From assembly GCA_963805085.1 (NCBI GenBank), contig CAWDTA010000002.1, forward strand, positions 1,856,001 through 1,920,000: 64,000 bases of DNA. The letters are read 5' to 3'. Shown piece after piece: positions 31,993-39,921 of this stretch. The notes under the pieces are model-generated. The model saw only the letters and a list, made by a program, of their open reading frames with translations. It made no database searches and was not told the DNA's origin. Source of the stretch: an uncultured Veillonellaceae bacterium. GTDB taxonomy: Bacteria > Bacillota > Negativicutes > JARBTT01. Made by a program: the position numbers and the translations under genes. Every line of letters starts with the position of its first letter. The stretch's first letter is position 1.

Positions 31993-32925
31993 ATGTCTAC
32001 ATATTATAAAGGAGCAGATTTGAGCTGGCTACCTGCGATGGAATCAAAAAAATATACTTTTAAAAACTCAAGCGGCACAACACAAGACGAAATGACGACG
32101 ATGAAAGAATTAGGAGTTAATGCAGTTAGATTGAGACTATGGGTTAATCCTTCAAGTGACGTCTACAGTGGTATGTGCAATGAAACTCAAGTAATTGGAA
32201 TGGCAAAACGAGCAAAAGCTATAGGTGCTGATATCATGCTAGATCTACATTATAGCGATACATGGGCAGATCCAGGAGCCCAGACAATACCAGCTGCTTG
32301 GTCAACTTGTACTACGATGTCTGCATTAGGGACGCAGGTGTACAATTATACTTATCAAGTGATGACTAATATGAAAAATGCCGGTGTAACGCCTACTTGG
32401 GTACAAATAGGCAATGAGATTAATTCAGGTTTAATATGGCCTCTCGGAAATACTTCAAATGGTTTCGCCAATGTTGCATGGCTAATTAACTCTGGTTATA
32501 ATGCTGTTAAAGCTGTAAGTAGCTCAACTAAATGCATCGTCCATTTAGCAAATGGCTATAATAATACTACTTTTAGATGGTTTTTTGATGGGCTGAAAGC
32601 AGCTGGTGGCAATTGGGATATTATAGGGATGTCACTTTATCCGACGGCAAGTAATTATACTACCTATAACAGCCAATGCTTAACGAATATGAAGGACATG
32701 CTATCTAGATATGATACAAATGTAGTGATTGCTGAAGCTGGGTTTGCCTATAATGATCCAACAACTGCTGCTAAATTTCTTGCACAGCTTAAAACTAATG
32801 TTAAAGCTGTAGGAGGTGTCGGAATATTCTATTGGGAACCTGAATGTTATAATTGGAACAGTTATGGTATGGGCGCAACAGATCCCTCGACTAAAAAACC
32901 AACAAGTGCTATGCCTGCATACTAA
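31993..32925 (+). CDS. GH53 endo-beta-1,4-galactanase, no signal peptide
   Basis: KGADLSW, RLRLWVNP, DLHYSDTWADPG.Q, QIGNEI (acid/base), IAEAG (nucleophile), YWEP; catalytic domain starts at about residue 4. Confidence 0.93.
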   Translation: MSTYYKGADLSWLPAMESKKYTFKNSSGTTQDEMTTMKELGVNAVRLRLWVNPSSDVYSGMCNETQVIGMAKRAKAIGADIMLDLHYSDTWADPGAQTIPAAWSTCTTMSALGTQVYNYTYQVMTNMKNAGVTPTWVQIGNEINSGLIWPLGNTSNGFANVAWLINSGYNAVKAVSSSTKCIVHLANGYNNTTFRWFFDGLKAAGGNWDIIGMSLYPTASNYTTYNSQCLTNMKDMLSRYDTNVVIAEAGFAYNDPTTAAKFLAQLKTNVKAVGGVGIFYWEPECYNWNSYGMGATDPSTKKPTSAMPAY

Positions 32926-33042
32926 GAAGTTCAATCTAAACATAATGTAATTTCTTGTAATTTAATAAAACTATATGCTTCTATTATTCTGAGGGCGTTA
33001 TGCCTTATTAGATAAGGTATATGTAGGCATATTGAAGCCATT

Positions 33043-33080
33043 AATCACTATGGAGTTACAGCTCTGTAGTGATTTTTTTC
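33043..33080 (+). terminator. Intrinsic terminator
   Basis: aatcactatggag-ttacag-ctctgtagtgatt followed by a T-run. Confidence 0.75.
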
Positions 33081-33136
33081 TTGTTAATGTTCATTATACA
33101 GGATGATTCAGATTAGGTGATCATTTTCTAGTTAAA

Positions 33137-33235
33137 CCCGTTTAAAAAAGAATATTAAATAAATGTATATAAGTAAAATCTAATATATAGGGAAAAAAAT
33201 AATGAAAAAAATAGTTCCTTAGCTATATTGGTTTT
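33137..33235 (+). promoter_or_regulatory. Island motif copy 2
   Basis: CCCGTTTAAAA 33137, AATGTATATAA 33162, hairpin aatata-tagggaa...ttccttagc-tatattgg. Confidence 0.8.
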
Positions 33236-33261
33236 TAGAAATTTAGAAGGGTTGTGTAAAA

Positions 33262-34263
33262 ATGTCTACTTATAATGTAACGACTTACTCAGATCTAAAA
33301 AGCAAGGTGGCAGCAGCAGGATCAGGAGATACAATTTATATTGGAGCTTCGATTACTTGTACTGCTCAAATCGTATTGAGTGGTAGTGGTATCACTCTAA
33401 CGGCAAAAAGCGGAGTAACCCCTGTTCTTGATTTTTCGGCTATATCCAGTATTAACTCAGGTTCAGCTGGTATTGGAATCTATGTAACAGGCAGTAATAA
33501 TACGATTAGTGGCCTTATCGTACAAAAAGCTGGTGATAATGGACTGAAAATTGAAGGTGCTAGTAATACGGTGCAAAACTGTATCTTCCGTTATAACGGA
33601 GATACAGGTCTACAGATATCCAAGTCTACAGCTAAAAAAAATACGATCAAGTATTGTGATTCCTATCGAAATTGTGATAAAGCAACGAGTGGTGGAAATG
33701 CGGACGGCTTTGCCTGTAAGTTGAGTGCTGGTGCAGGCAATTCATTTATTGGTTGCCGAGCTTTCCAAAATTCTGATGATGGTTGGGACAGTTATGATAT
33801 GAATAATGATGTTACATATACCGATTGTATTACTTGGCATAATGGAGACGCGAGTATAACTACTTATGCTGGTAATGGCAATGGTTTTAAACTTGGCTCT
33901 AAAGGTGCCACTGGAAAACGGACAATGACTCGCTGTATCGCGTGGGATACAAAATATAGCGGTAAAAAAGGATTTGATCAAAACAATGGGGTTGGAGTAG
34001 TAACATTAACCAACTGCCTGTCTTTTGACAATGTGATTGGCTATCAGCTGGATGATGCTACAAGTCTTACTATGACAAACTGTAGAGAGTTTAATTGCAC
34101 TTCCTCCGATTCTCTTCCTTCTGGTGTAACTGTTACGAAGATTACGGATACAGCTAAACAAGCTTCAATTCGTAGTGCAATTAAAACTGCGTGCAATAAA
34201 ATTTTATCCAATTGCGAAAATAATATCATTACTGGAGCAATCACTTTGAATATATGGAGCTAA
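33262..34263 (+). CDS. PL9-family pectate lyase (parallel beta-helix), no signal peptide
   Basis: AGDNG, N.DTGLQI, GNADGFACKL (catalytic Lys), NSDDGWD, GNGNGFKLG. Confidence 0.88.
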   Translation: MSTYNVTTYSDLKSKVAAAGSGDTIYIGASITCTAQIVLSGSGITLTAKSGVTPVLDFSAISSINSGSAGIGIYVTGSNNTISGLIVQKAGDNGLKIEGASNTVQNCIFRYNGDTGLQISKSTAKKNTIKYCDSYRNCDKATSGGNADGFACKLSAGAGNSFIGCRAFQNSDDGWDSYDMNNDVTYTDCITWHNGDASITTYAGNGNGFKLGSKGATGKRTMTRCIAWDTKYSGKKGFDQNNGVGVVTLTNCLSFDNVIGYQLDDATSLTMTNCREFNCTSSDSLPSGVTVTKITDTAKQASIRSAIKTACNKILSNCENNIITGAITLNIWS

Positions 34264-34332
34264 TAGCTAAAAATAGTTATTACAGGCGTTGCAAAAAGTT
34301 TTGGAAAAATAATTAGAAAATACTATGAGTTT

Positions 34333-34358
34333 GCCCCTAGCTTAGGCTAGGGGTTTTT
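34333..34358 (+). terminator. Intrinsic terminator
   Basis: gcccctagc-ttag-gctaggggt followed by a T-run. Confidence 0.8.
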
Positions 34359-34595
34359 AATTTTTATCAGGTTAATTTCAAACTTGAAAGCGTGTATGAA
34401 AAATAATGTATGTAAAAATTGCAATGAAAAATATGATACGGTATATATTTTGTCACAACAGAGATCTTTAAATAATCGGAAAGTAAAGGGGCGATTGTAT
34501 AGTTAAGATACGTTATGAAATATAGAAAAATTCACCTATATTAATCGTTAATTTACTTTTTTTAGTAGTAAAATTACCATTTTAGACAAGACATA

Positions 34596-34624
34596 TTGAA
34601 ATAATAGAAAATTGTAATTATAAT
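34596..34624 (+). promoter_or_regulatory. Possible sigma-A promoter upstream of the sigma-factor unit
   Basis: TTGAAA-17-TATAAT, but in very AT-rich DNA. Confidence 0.4.
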
Positions 34625-34760
34625 TAAATATAACTGGTAAAAATGTAAAAATATTCAATCAAATAAGACGTAAAATATGAAATTATCAAATAATTTTTAT
34701 ATTTGTACATTTTGAGAACAAATTGCATGGGGGTAATGAAAAAAAAGTAAAAGTAAAATT

Positions 34761-34790
34761 AGCTGCTTAATTTAGAGCGGCTTTTTGTTT
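34761..34790 (+). terminator. Terminator-like hairpin
   Basis: agctgct-taatttag-agcggct followed by a T-run. Confidence 0.55.
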
Positions 34791-34863
34791 TCTTTAGTAG
34801 CTGATGGCGAAATTAAGTTAGAGATAACGTCGAAAAAAATTTTTTTATATAATTGTGGGTTGA

Positions 34864-34953
34864 CCCGTTTAAAAAAGCATCTTTAAAAAATGTATATAAG
34901 TAGAAGCCAATATTTAACAGAATAAATTAAAAGTATTTTGTTATAGCGGCTTT
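34864..34953 (+). promoter_or_regulatory. Island motif copy 3
   Basis: CCCGTTTAAAA 34864, AATGTATATAA 34889, hairpin aagcc..taacagaata / tattttgtta..ggctt. Confidence 0.8.
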
Positions 34954-34986
34954 ACAAAAACATTAAAAATTTGGGAGGCGATTTAA

Positions 34987-35187
34987 ATGGTATACAATCA
35001 AGATTTATCTAGAAATAGTGGGGTGAATGGTAGAAAAGACTTGATCGTATCACAAGAAAACCAACTTATTTTTGTTAATAGTAAGAATATTTCTAAAAAT
35101 GTCAAATTTACGTGCGTTATTAAGAAAGCGTTTACTAATAGTATAAAAAATAATAGAAATGCAGAAAAATCATGGGTACAGTGTTAG
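34987..35187 (+). CDS. Small 66-aa ORF sharing RBS and N-terminus with the GH51 gene; overlaps the sigma start
   Basis: GGAGG RBS; ggaggcgattt(t)aaatg.. tacaatcaagatttatct is shared with 37253-37290 (MVYNQDLS vs MSYNQDLS). Confidence 0.5.
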   Translation: MVYNQDLSRNSGVNGRKDLIVSQENQLIFVNSKNISKNVKFTCVIKKAFTNSIKNNRNAEKSWVQC

Positions 35188-35678
35188 ATTTTGAACCACT
35201 AGTGCGTAAATACACTTGGAATAAATCAGAGGATGTAAGGGCGGAAGCCTGGTTAGCAGTAGTGGAGGCAACAAAATTATATGATTCTACGAAGGGAGTA
35301 CCATTTGCTGGTTATGTAAAAAGCAAAGTCAAATATTCAGTTTGGAATATGGTTAGGAAGCAGCAAAGGAAATGCCAGTATGAAGTGGCTATTGAGGGGG
35401 ATGGTGATAATGAAGAAAATAGTCTACTTGATACATTACAAAGCAGCACAAATGTTTCAGATGAGGTTGAGAAGAAGTTTTTGACTGAAGAATTACAAGC
35501 AGCTATTAATATGCTGCCAGAACGTCAGCGGATTGCTGTACTTAAAACTGTAGCTTGGAACTTTAGTCAAACAGAAACTGCAGCAGCATTGGGGGTAACG
35601 CCACAAGCAATATTTAATTTGCGCAATCGTGGGTTGGCCCGTTTAAAAAAAACGGCCTGTATGAATGTATATAATTAA
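35172..35678 (+). CDS. Small alternative sigma-70 factor (regions 2 and 4 only)
   Basis: FEPLVRKY, D..AEAWLAVVEA..LYD.TKGVPFAGYV (region 2); LPERQR..SQTETAAALGVTPQAI...RNRGLARLKK (region 4 HTH). Confidence 0.88.
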   Translation: MGTVLDFEPLVRKYTWNKSEDVRAEAWLAVVEATKLYDSTKGVPFAGYVKSKVKYSVWNMVRKQQRKCQYEVAIEGDGDNEENSLLDTLQSSTNVSDEVEKKFLTEELQAAINMLPERQRIAVLKTVAWNFSQTETAAALGVTPQAIFNLRNRGLARLKKTACMNVYN

Positions 35679-35730
35679 AGCCAATATACATAGAAAAATT
35701 TAATGAAAAGGTTCTGGACTATTGAAAGCA
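35638..35730 (+). promoter_or_regulatory. Island motif copy 4, inside the last codons of the sigma gene
   Basis: CCCGTTTAAAA 35638 (codons A-R-L-K), AATGTATATAA 35664 (N-V-Y-N), then aagccaatataca. Confidence 0.8.
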
Positions 35731-35824
35731 ATAAGAAAGGTGTATGTTGATGGGGAAACGATAAAGAGTTTCATATATATTAAAGTTTCTTTTTTTAATT
35801 AATAAAGTAATAGGAGTGTTGATT

Positions 35825-37009
35825 ATGAGTGATTTATACGTATCTAATTCAGGAAGTGCCAGTAATGCAGGTACTGTGAGTAGCCCGCTTACTCTTGTTG
35901 CGGCAATTACAAAGGTTGCTGCAGGCGGGACAATTTACATGATGTCAGGAACATATAGTTATGCTACTCAAATAACGATTGAGCGTGGCAATAATGGAAC
36001 TTCAGGTAGTTACAAAAGCATTAAGCCATACAACTCTGGAACCGTAATCTTAGACTTTTCTTCCCAGACGTATGGAGATCCTTCGAGTGTAAGTAATCCT
36101 AGAGGACTGCAGATCAACGGCAATTACTGGCATATAAAAGGACTTGCTGTAAAAGGCGCTGCTGACAATGGTATTTTTATCGGAGGGAGCTATAACAAAA
36201 TAGAACTTTGTGAAACTTATGCGAATAGAGACTCAGGCTTGCAGTTAGGAAGATATATCTCCACCGCCGCAGAAAGTGAATGGCCAGCATATAACGAAAT
36301 CCTGAATTGTACTTCTCATGATAATTCTGACCCTGATAATGGCGAGGATGCGGATGGTTTTGCTTGCAAGCTGACTACAGGTGAAGGCAACGTATTTAGC
36401 GGTTGCATTTCCTATAATAATGTTGATGACGGTTGGGATCTATATACAAAATCTGCCACTGGTGCTATTGGCGTTGTAACTATAAAAGACTGTGTAGCCT
36501 ATAATAACGGTGTAACTTCTAGTGGGACAAGTACGGCAAACAGTGATGGTAATGGATTTAAATTAGGTGGTGACAAAGTAGCTGTTAACCATATAGTGAA
36601 AAATTGTATAGCCTTCAATAACAAAAAGCATGGATTTACCTATAATAGTAACCCAGGCTCTATCACGTTAACAAATTGTACAAGCTATAACAACGGAACT
36701 ACATCAGGAAGCAATTTTTCTTTTGATAAAGGTATGCATGTATTTACTAATTTATTATCTTATAAAGCTAGTTCAAGTGATAAGACAAGCGGTACTGATG
36801 TAAATAGTTCAAATGTATGGTGGAAAAATTCAAAAACTACAAATGCAAATGGGTTAGCTTGTAATGATGCAGACTTTGTTAGCCTTACTCCAGCCGTAAC
36901 TAGAAATACGGATGGTTCCATTAATTTAGGAAACTTTTTAAAACTTGCTGCTGGTAGTGACCTGATTGGTGCAGGCACTCCAAGTGGCACTAATATTGGA
37001 GCTAGATAG
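35825..37009 (+). CDS. PL9-family pectate lyase, no signal peptide
   Basis: LYVS..GS..NAGT..SP, AADNG, NRDSGLQL, EDADGFACKL, NVDDGWD, DGNGFKLGG. Confidence 0.92.
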   Translation: MSDLYVSNSGSASNAGTVSSPLTLVAAITKVAAGGTIYMMSGTYSYATQITIERGNNGTSGSYKSIKPYNSGTVILDFSSQTYGDPSSVSNPRGLQINGNYWHIKGLAVKGAADNGIFIGGSYNKIELCETYANRDSGLQLGRYISTAAESEWPAYNEILNCTSHDNSDPDNGEDADGFACKLTTGEGNVFSGCISYNNVDDGWDLYTKSATGAIGVVTIKDCVAYNNGVTSSGTSTANSDGNGFKLGGDKVAVNHIVKNCIAFNNKKHGFTYNSNPGSITLTNCTSYNNGTTSGSNFSFDKGMHVFTNLLSYKASSSDKTSGTDVNSSNVWWKNSKTTNANGLACNDADFVSLTPAVTRNTDGSINLGNFLKLAAGSDLIGAGTPSGTNIGAR

Positions 37010-37055
37010 ATTTATATAATTTGGATGGTATGTCAAATTCGATTTTTCTCAACAT

Positions 37056-37086
37056 ACCCGGTATCTTAGGACGCCGGGTTTTATTT
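37056..37086 (+). terminator. Intrinsic terminator
   Basis: acccggtatc-ttag-gacgccgggt followed by a T-run. Confidence 0.75.
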
Positions 37087-37139
37087 TATATCTAGTTTAA
37101 TGACCAATTCGGGACAATACTTCGAATTTTTTATTTTTA

Positions 37140-37238
37140 CCCGTTTAAAAAAATTTTTTAAATCAATGTATATAAGTATAAGCCAATATACAAGGAAAAA
37201 ACACAATTTGATAAGAGTTCCTTAGCTATATTGGCTTT
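37140..37238 (+). promoter_or_regulatory. Island motif copy 5
   Basis: CCCGTTTAAAA 37140, AATGTATATAA 37165, perfect aagccaatata/tatattggctt stem (37180-37237) with inner aaggaa/ttcctt. Confidence 0.82.
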
Positions 37239-37266
37239 TATTAGGAATTTCTGGAGGCGATTTTAA

Positions 37267-39777
37267 ATGTCTTACAATCAAGATTTATCTGCAGATAAGA
37301 CAGATATTAATAATTGTAAAAACGGGGTTGCTTTGGAACTGGAAGTAAATACAGATCAGATAGGTATAAACATTAGTCCTGATCTTTATGGAATATTTTT
37401 TGAAGATATAAATCATGCTGCAGATGGTGGCTTATATGCAGAATTAATTCAAAATCGCTCTTTTGAGGATGATTCAACAACACCTAAACATTGGTCATTA
37501 GTAAAGACAGGAACAGCTGAAGGTACAATGACTCTTGATGATACTGTTCTTTTAAACAGCGTTCAGTCGAGATCGTTACGTCTTGATGTAACAACGGCAG
37601 ACCCAGCTGGAAGCATTGGTATAGCAAACGAAGGTTATTGGGGGATAAGCGTAAAAAAAGGAATACAATATAATTTATCATTCTTTGCTAAAGCTAGCAG
37701 TGATTTTTCAGGAGATATAACAGCTAGTCTCCAAAGCGCTGCTGGACAAACTGTTTATGGACAGATAGTACTATCAAGTATAGCTACAGAGTGGGAAAAG
37801 TATATTGTGACAATTACTTCAAACGGAACTGACCAAAATGCAGTATTTGTATTATCAATAAATACAGTAGGCTCAGTATGGTTTGATGTGGTCTCGCTGT
37901 TTCCGCCGACGTTTAATAATAGACCTAATGGACTAAGAGAAGATCTAGTAAACATGATAAAAGAGATGAAGCCTAGGTTTATGAGATTTCCAGGAGGATG
38001 CTTTGTTGAAGGAGCGGCTATGGCAACTGCGTTCAGGTGGAAAACTACGATTGGAAAGATAGAAGAAAGAGCAGGACATCAAAATCTTTGGGGTTACCAT
38101 ACAACTGATGGTATGGGATATCATGAATTCCTGCAACTTTCTGAAGACCTTGGTGCAGAACCATTGTATGTTATCAATATTGGGATAGCCCACAAAGATA
38201 ACATCCCGCTGGAGGAACTTGATTCTTGGGTACAAGAGGCTCTTGATGCTATAGAGTATGCAAATGGGGATATTACAACAACATATGGTGCGATGAGAGC
38301 AGCCAATGGTCATTATGAATCTTTTAATTTAAAATATATTGAAATCGGTAATGAAAATAATCAACATAGCACCACGGATAACAGAAGTAATCTTTATGGT
38401 GACAGATATATCAAGTTTTATAATGCGATAAAGAATAAGTATCCCGAAATATATACGATAGGCAATGTTGAAGCATGGGGGACAGATACACCTTCATGGC
38501 AATATTCACATCCAGTGGAATTGGTTGACGAGCACTATTATAGAGGGACACAATGGTTTATCAATAAGGCTAATAAGTATGACAGTTATGATAGAAACAG
38601 TCATAATATTTATGTAGGAGAATATGCGGTTACTACGACTCTTGACTGTGGAAAAGGAAATTTAAATGCAGCTATAGGGGAAGCCGCTTTCATGACAGGA
38701 CTTGAAAAAAATTCTGATATTGTAAAAATGGCTTCTTATGCACCATTATTGGTTAATACAAATGATCGAGCGTGGAATCCGGATGCAATTGTTTACAATG
38801 CTTACGATGTGTATGGAACACCATCTTATTATGTACAAAAAATGTTTGCCAACAACCTAGGTAGTTTTATTTTACCTACAACGTTAAAATTTTTGAATAG
38901 TACTACGGATACTACTTCTACTTCGGCTAGGCAGATTGTGGGACAAGTAGGAATTGGCAGCTGGGATACAGCAGTGAGTTATAATAATGTTTCAGTTACG
39001 AAAAATAGTGATAGCAGTATTTTCCTAACGAATGATTTTTCAGAAGATGCACCTAACTGGAAGGTGATAAGTGGTACTTGGAGTCTAACGTATAATCAAA
39101 CCAATACTACTGTAGAGCCTGGAATGATAGTTGCTGGAAGTAGTGATTGGAATAATTACACACTGGAGCTAACAGCGAAGAAGATGAGTGGCAGCGAAGG
39201 AATGATGATTTACTTTGGATTTTTAGATGGTGATAATTCTTATGATTTAAATCTTGGCGGGTGGAAAAATACTCTGCATGCTATACAAAAAAATGATAAT
39301 GGAAGCACATCATTACTTGCTAGTCAAGCCGGATCGATTAAAGCAGGTCAAAGTTATAAAATTAAGGTAGTCGTTTCTGGAACAAATATTAAGGCTTATT
39401 TGGATGACCAATTATTATTTGATGTAACTGATTCATCGCCATTAAAACCAGCTACTCGTGATCCATTATATTTTGTCACAAGTAAGGATACTGAGTCAGG
39501 AGATATTATCATGAAAGTAGTAAATCCTAACGACAAAGATGGTAAGGCTGTGATAAGAATTAACGGAAAAGATAAAATTTTAGGCGGGACAGCAAGCGTG
39601 CTCACTTCAAATAATATTGCCGATGAAAATTCATTTGCAAACCCATTAAAAGTAGTTCCTGTTGACAGTCAATTTGTAAGTTGTGGTGAATCAAACCAAT
39701 TTAACTATATATTTTCTAAGAATTCGATAACTGTATTAAGATTAGAAACGCATGGAAATCATATAATAATTAAATAA
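37267..39777 (+). CDS. GH51 alpha-L-arabinofuranosidase with inserted beta-sandwich domain, no signal peptide
   Basis: LYGIFFEDINHAADGGLYAEL..NRSF, RFPGGC, IGNEN, VDEHYY, YVGEY, MASYAPL. Confidence 0.93.
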   Translation: MSYNQDLSADKTDINNCKNGVALELEVNTDQIGINISPDLYGIFFEDINHAADGGLYAELIQNRSFEDDSTTPKHWSLVKTGTAEGTMTLDDTVLLNSVQSRSLRLDVTTADPAGSIGIANEGYWGISVKKGIQYNLSFFAKASSDFSGDITASLQSAAGQTVYGQIVLSSIATEWEKYIVTITSNGTDQNAVFVLSINTVGSVWFDVVSLFPPTFNNRPNGLREDLVNMIKEMKPRFMRFPGGCFVEGAAMATAFRWKTTIGKIEERAGHQNLWGYHTTDGMGYHEFLQLSEDLGAEPLYVINIGIAHKDNIPLEELDSWVQEALDAIEYANGDITTTYGAMRAANGHYESFNLKYIEIGNENNQHSTTDNRSNLYGDRYIKFYNAIKNKYPEIYTIGNVEAWGTDTPSWQYSHPVELVDEHYYRGTQWFINKANKYDSYDRNSHNIYVGEYAVTTTLDCGKGNLNAAIGEAAFMTGLEKNSDIVKMASYAPLLVNTNDRAWNPDAIVYNAYDVYGTPSYYVQKMFANNLGSFILPTTLKFLNSTTDTTSTSARQIVGQVGIGSWDTAVSYNNVSVTKNSDSSIFLTNDFSEDAPNWKVISGTWSLTYNQTNTTVEPGMIVAGSSDWNNYTLELTAKKMSGSEGMMIYFGFLDGDNSYDLNLGGWKNTLHAIQKNDNGSTSLLASQAGSIKAGQSYKIKVVVSGTNIKAYLDDQLLFDVTDSSPLKPATRDPLYFVTSKDTESGDIIMKVVNPNDKDGKAVIRINGKDKILGGTASVLTSNNIADENSFANPLKVVPVDSQFVSCGESNQFNYIFSKNSITVLRLETHGNHIIIK

Positions 39778-39800
39778 TTGGTAGTCTTTAGTTTTAACAA

Positions 39801-39849
39801 TAAAAAGTGGTATAAATTAGCTAGAAATAGCTGTTTATACCACTTTTTA
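39801..39849. terminator. Bidirectional terminator between convergent genes
   Basis: taaaaagtggtataaa / tttataccacttttta. Confidence 0.75.
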
Positions 39850-39921
39850 GTTGCATTTATAGCATTTTATTTTTTATATTTCAGTTATTATTATAAAAGA
39901 ATGTTTCACTCTTTTTGGCGT

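Noticed and set aside
31861-37238. Island motifs as CRISPR repeats, integron attC sites or IS ends
   Set aside because: They are kilobases apart, always 5' of genes with promoter-like fixed spacing, and no cas, integrase or transposase is present
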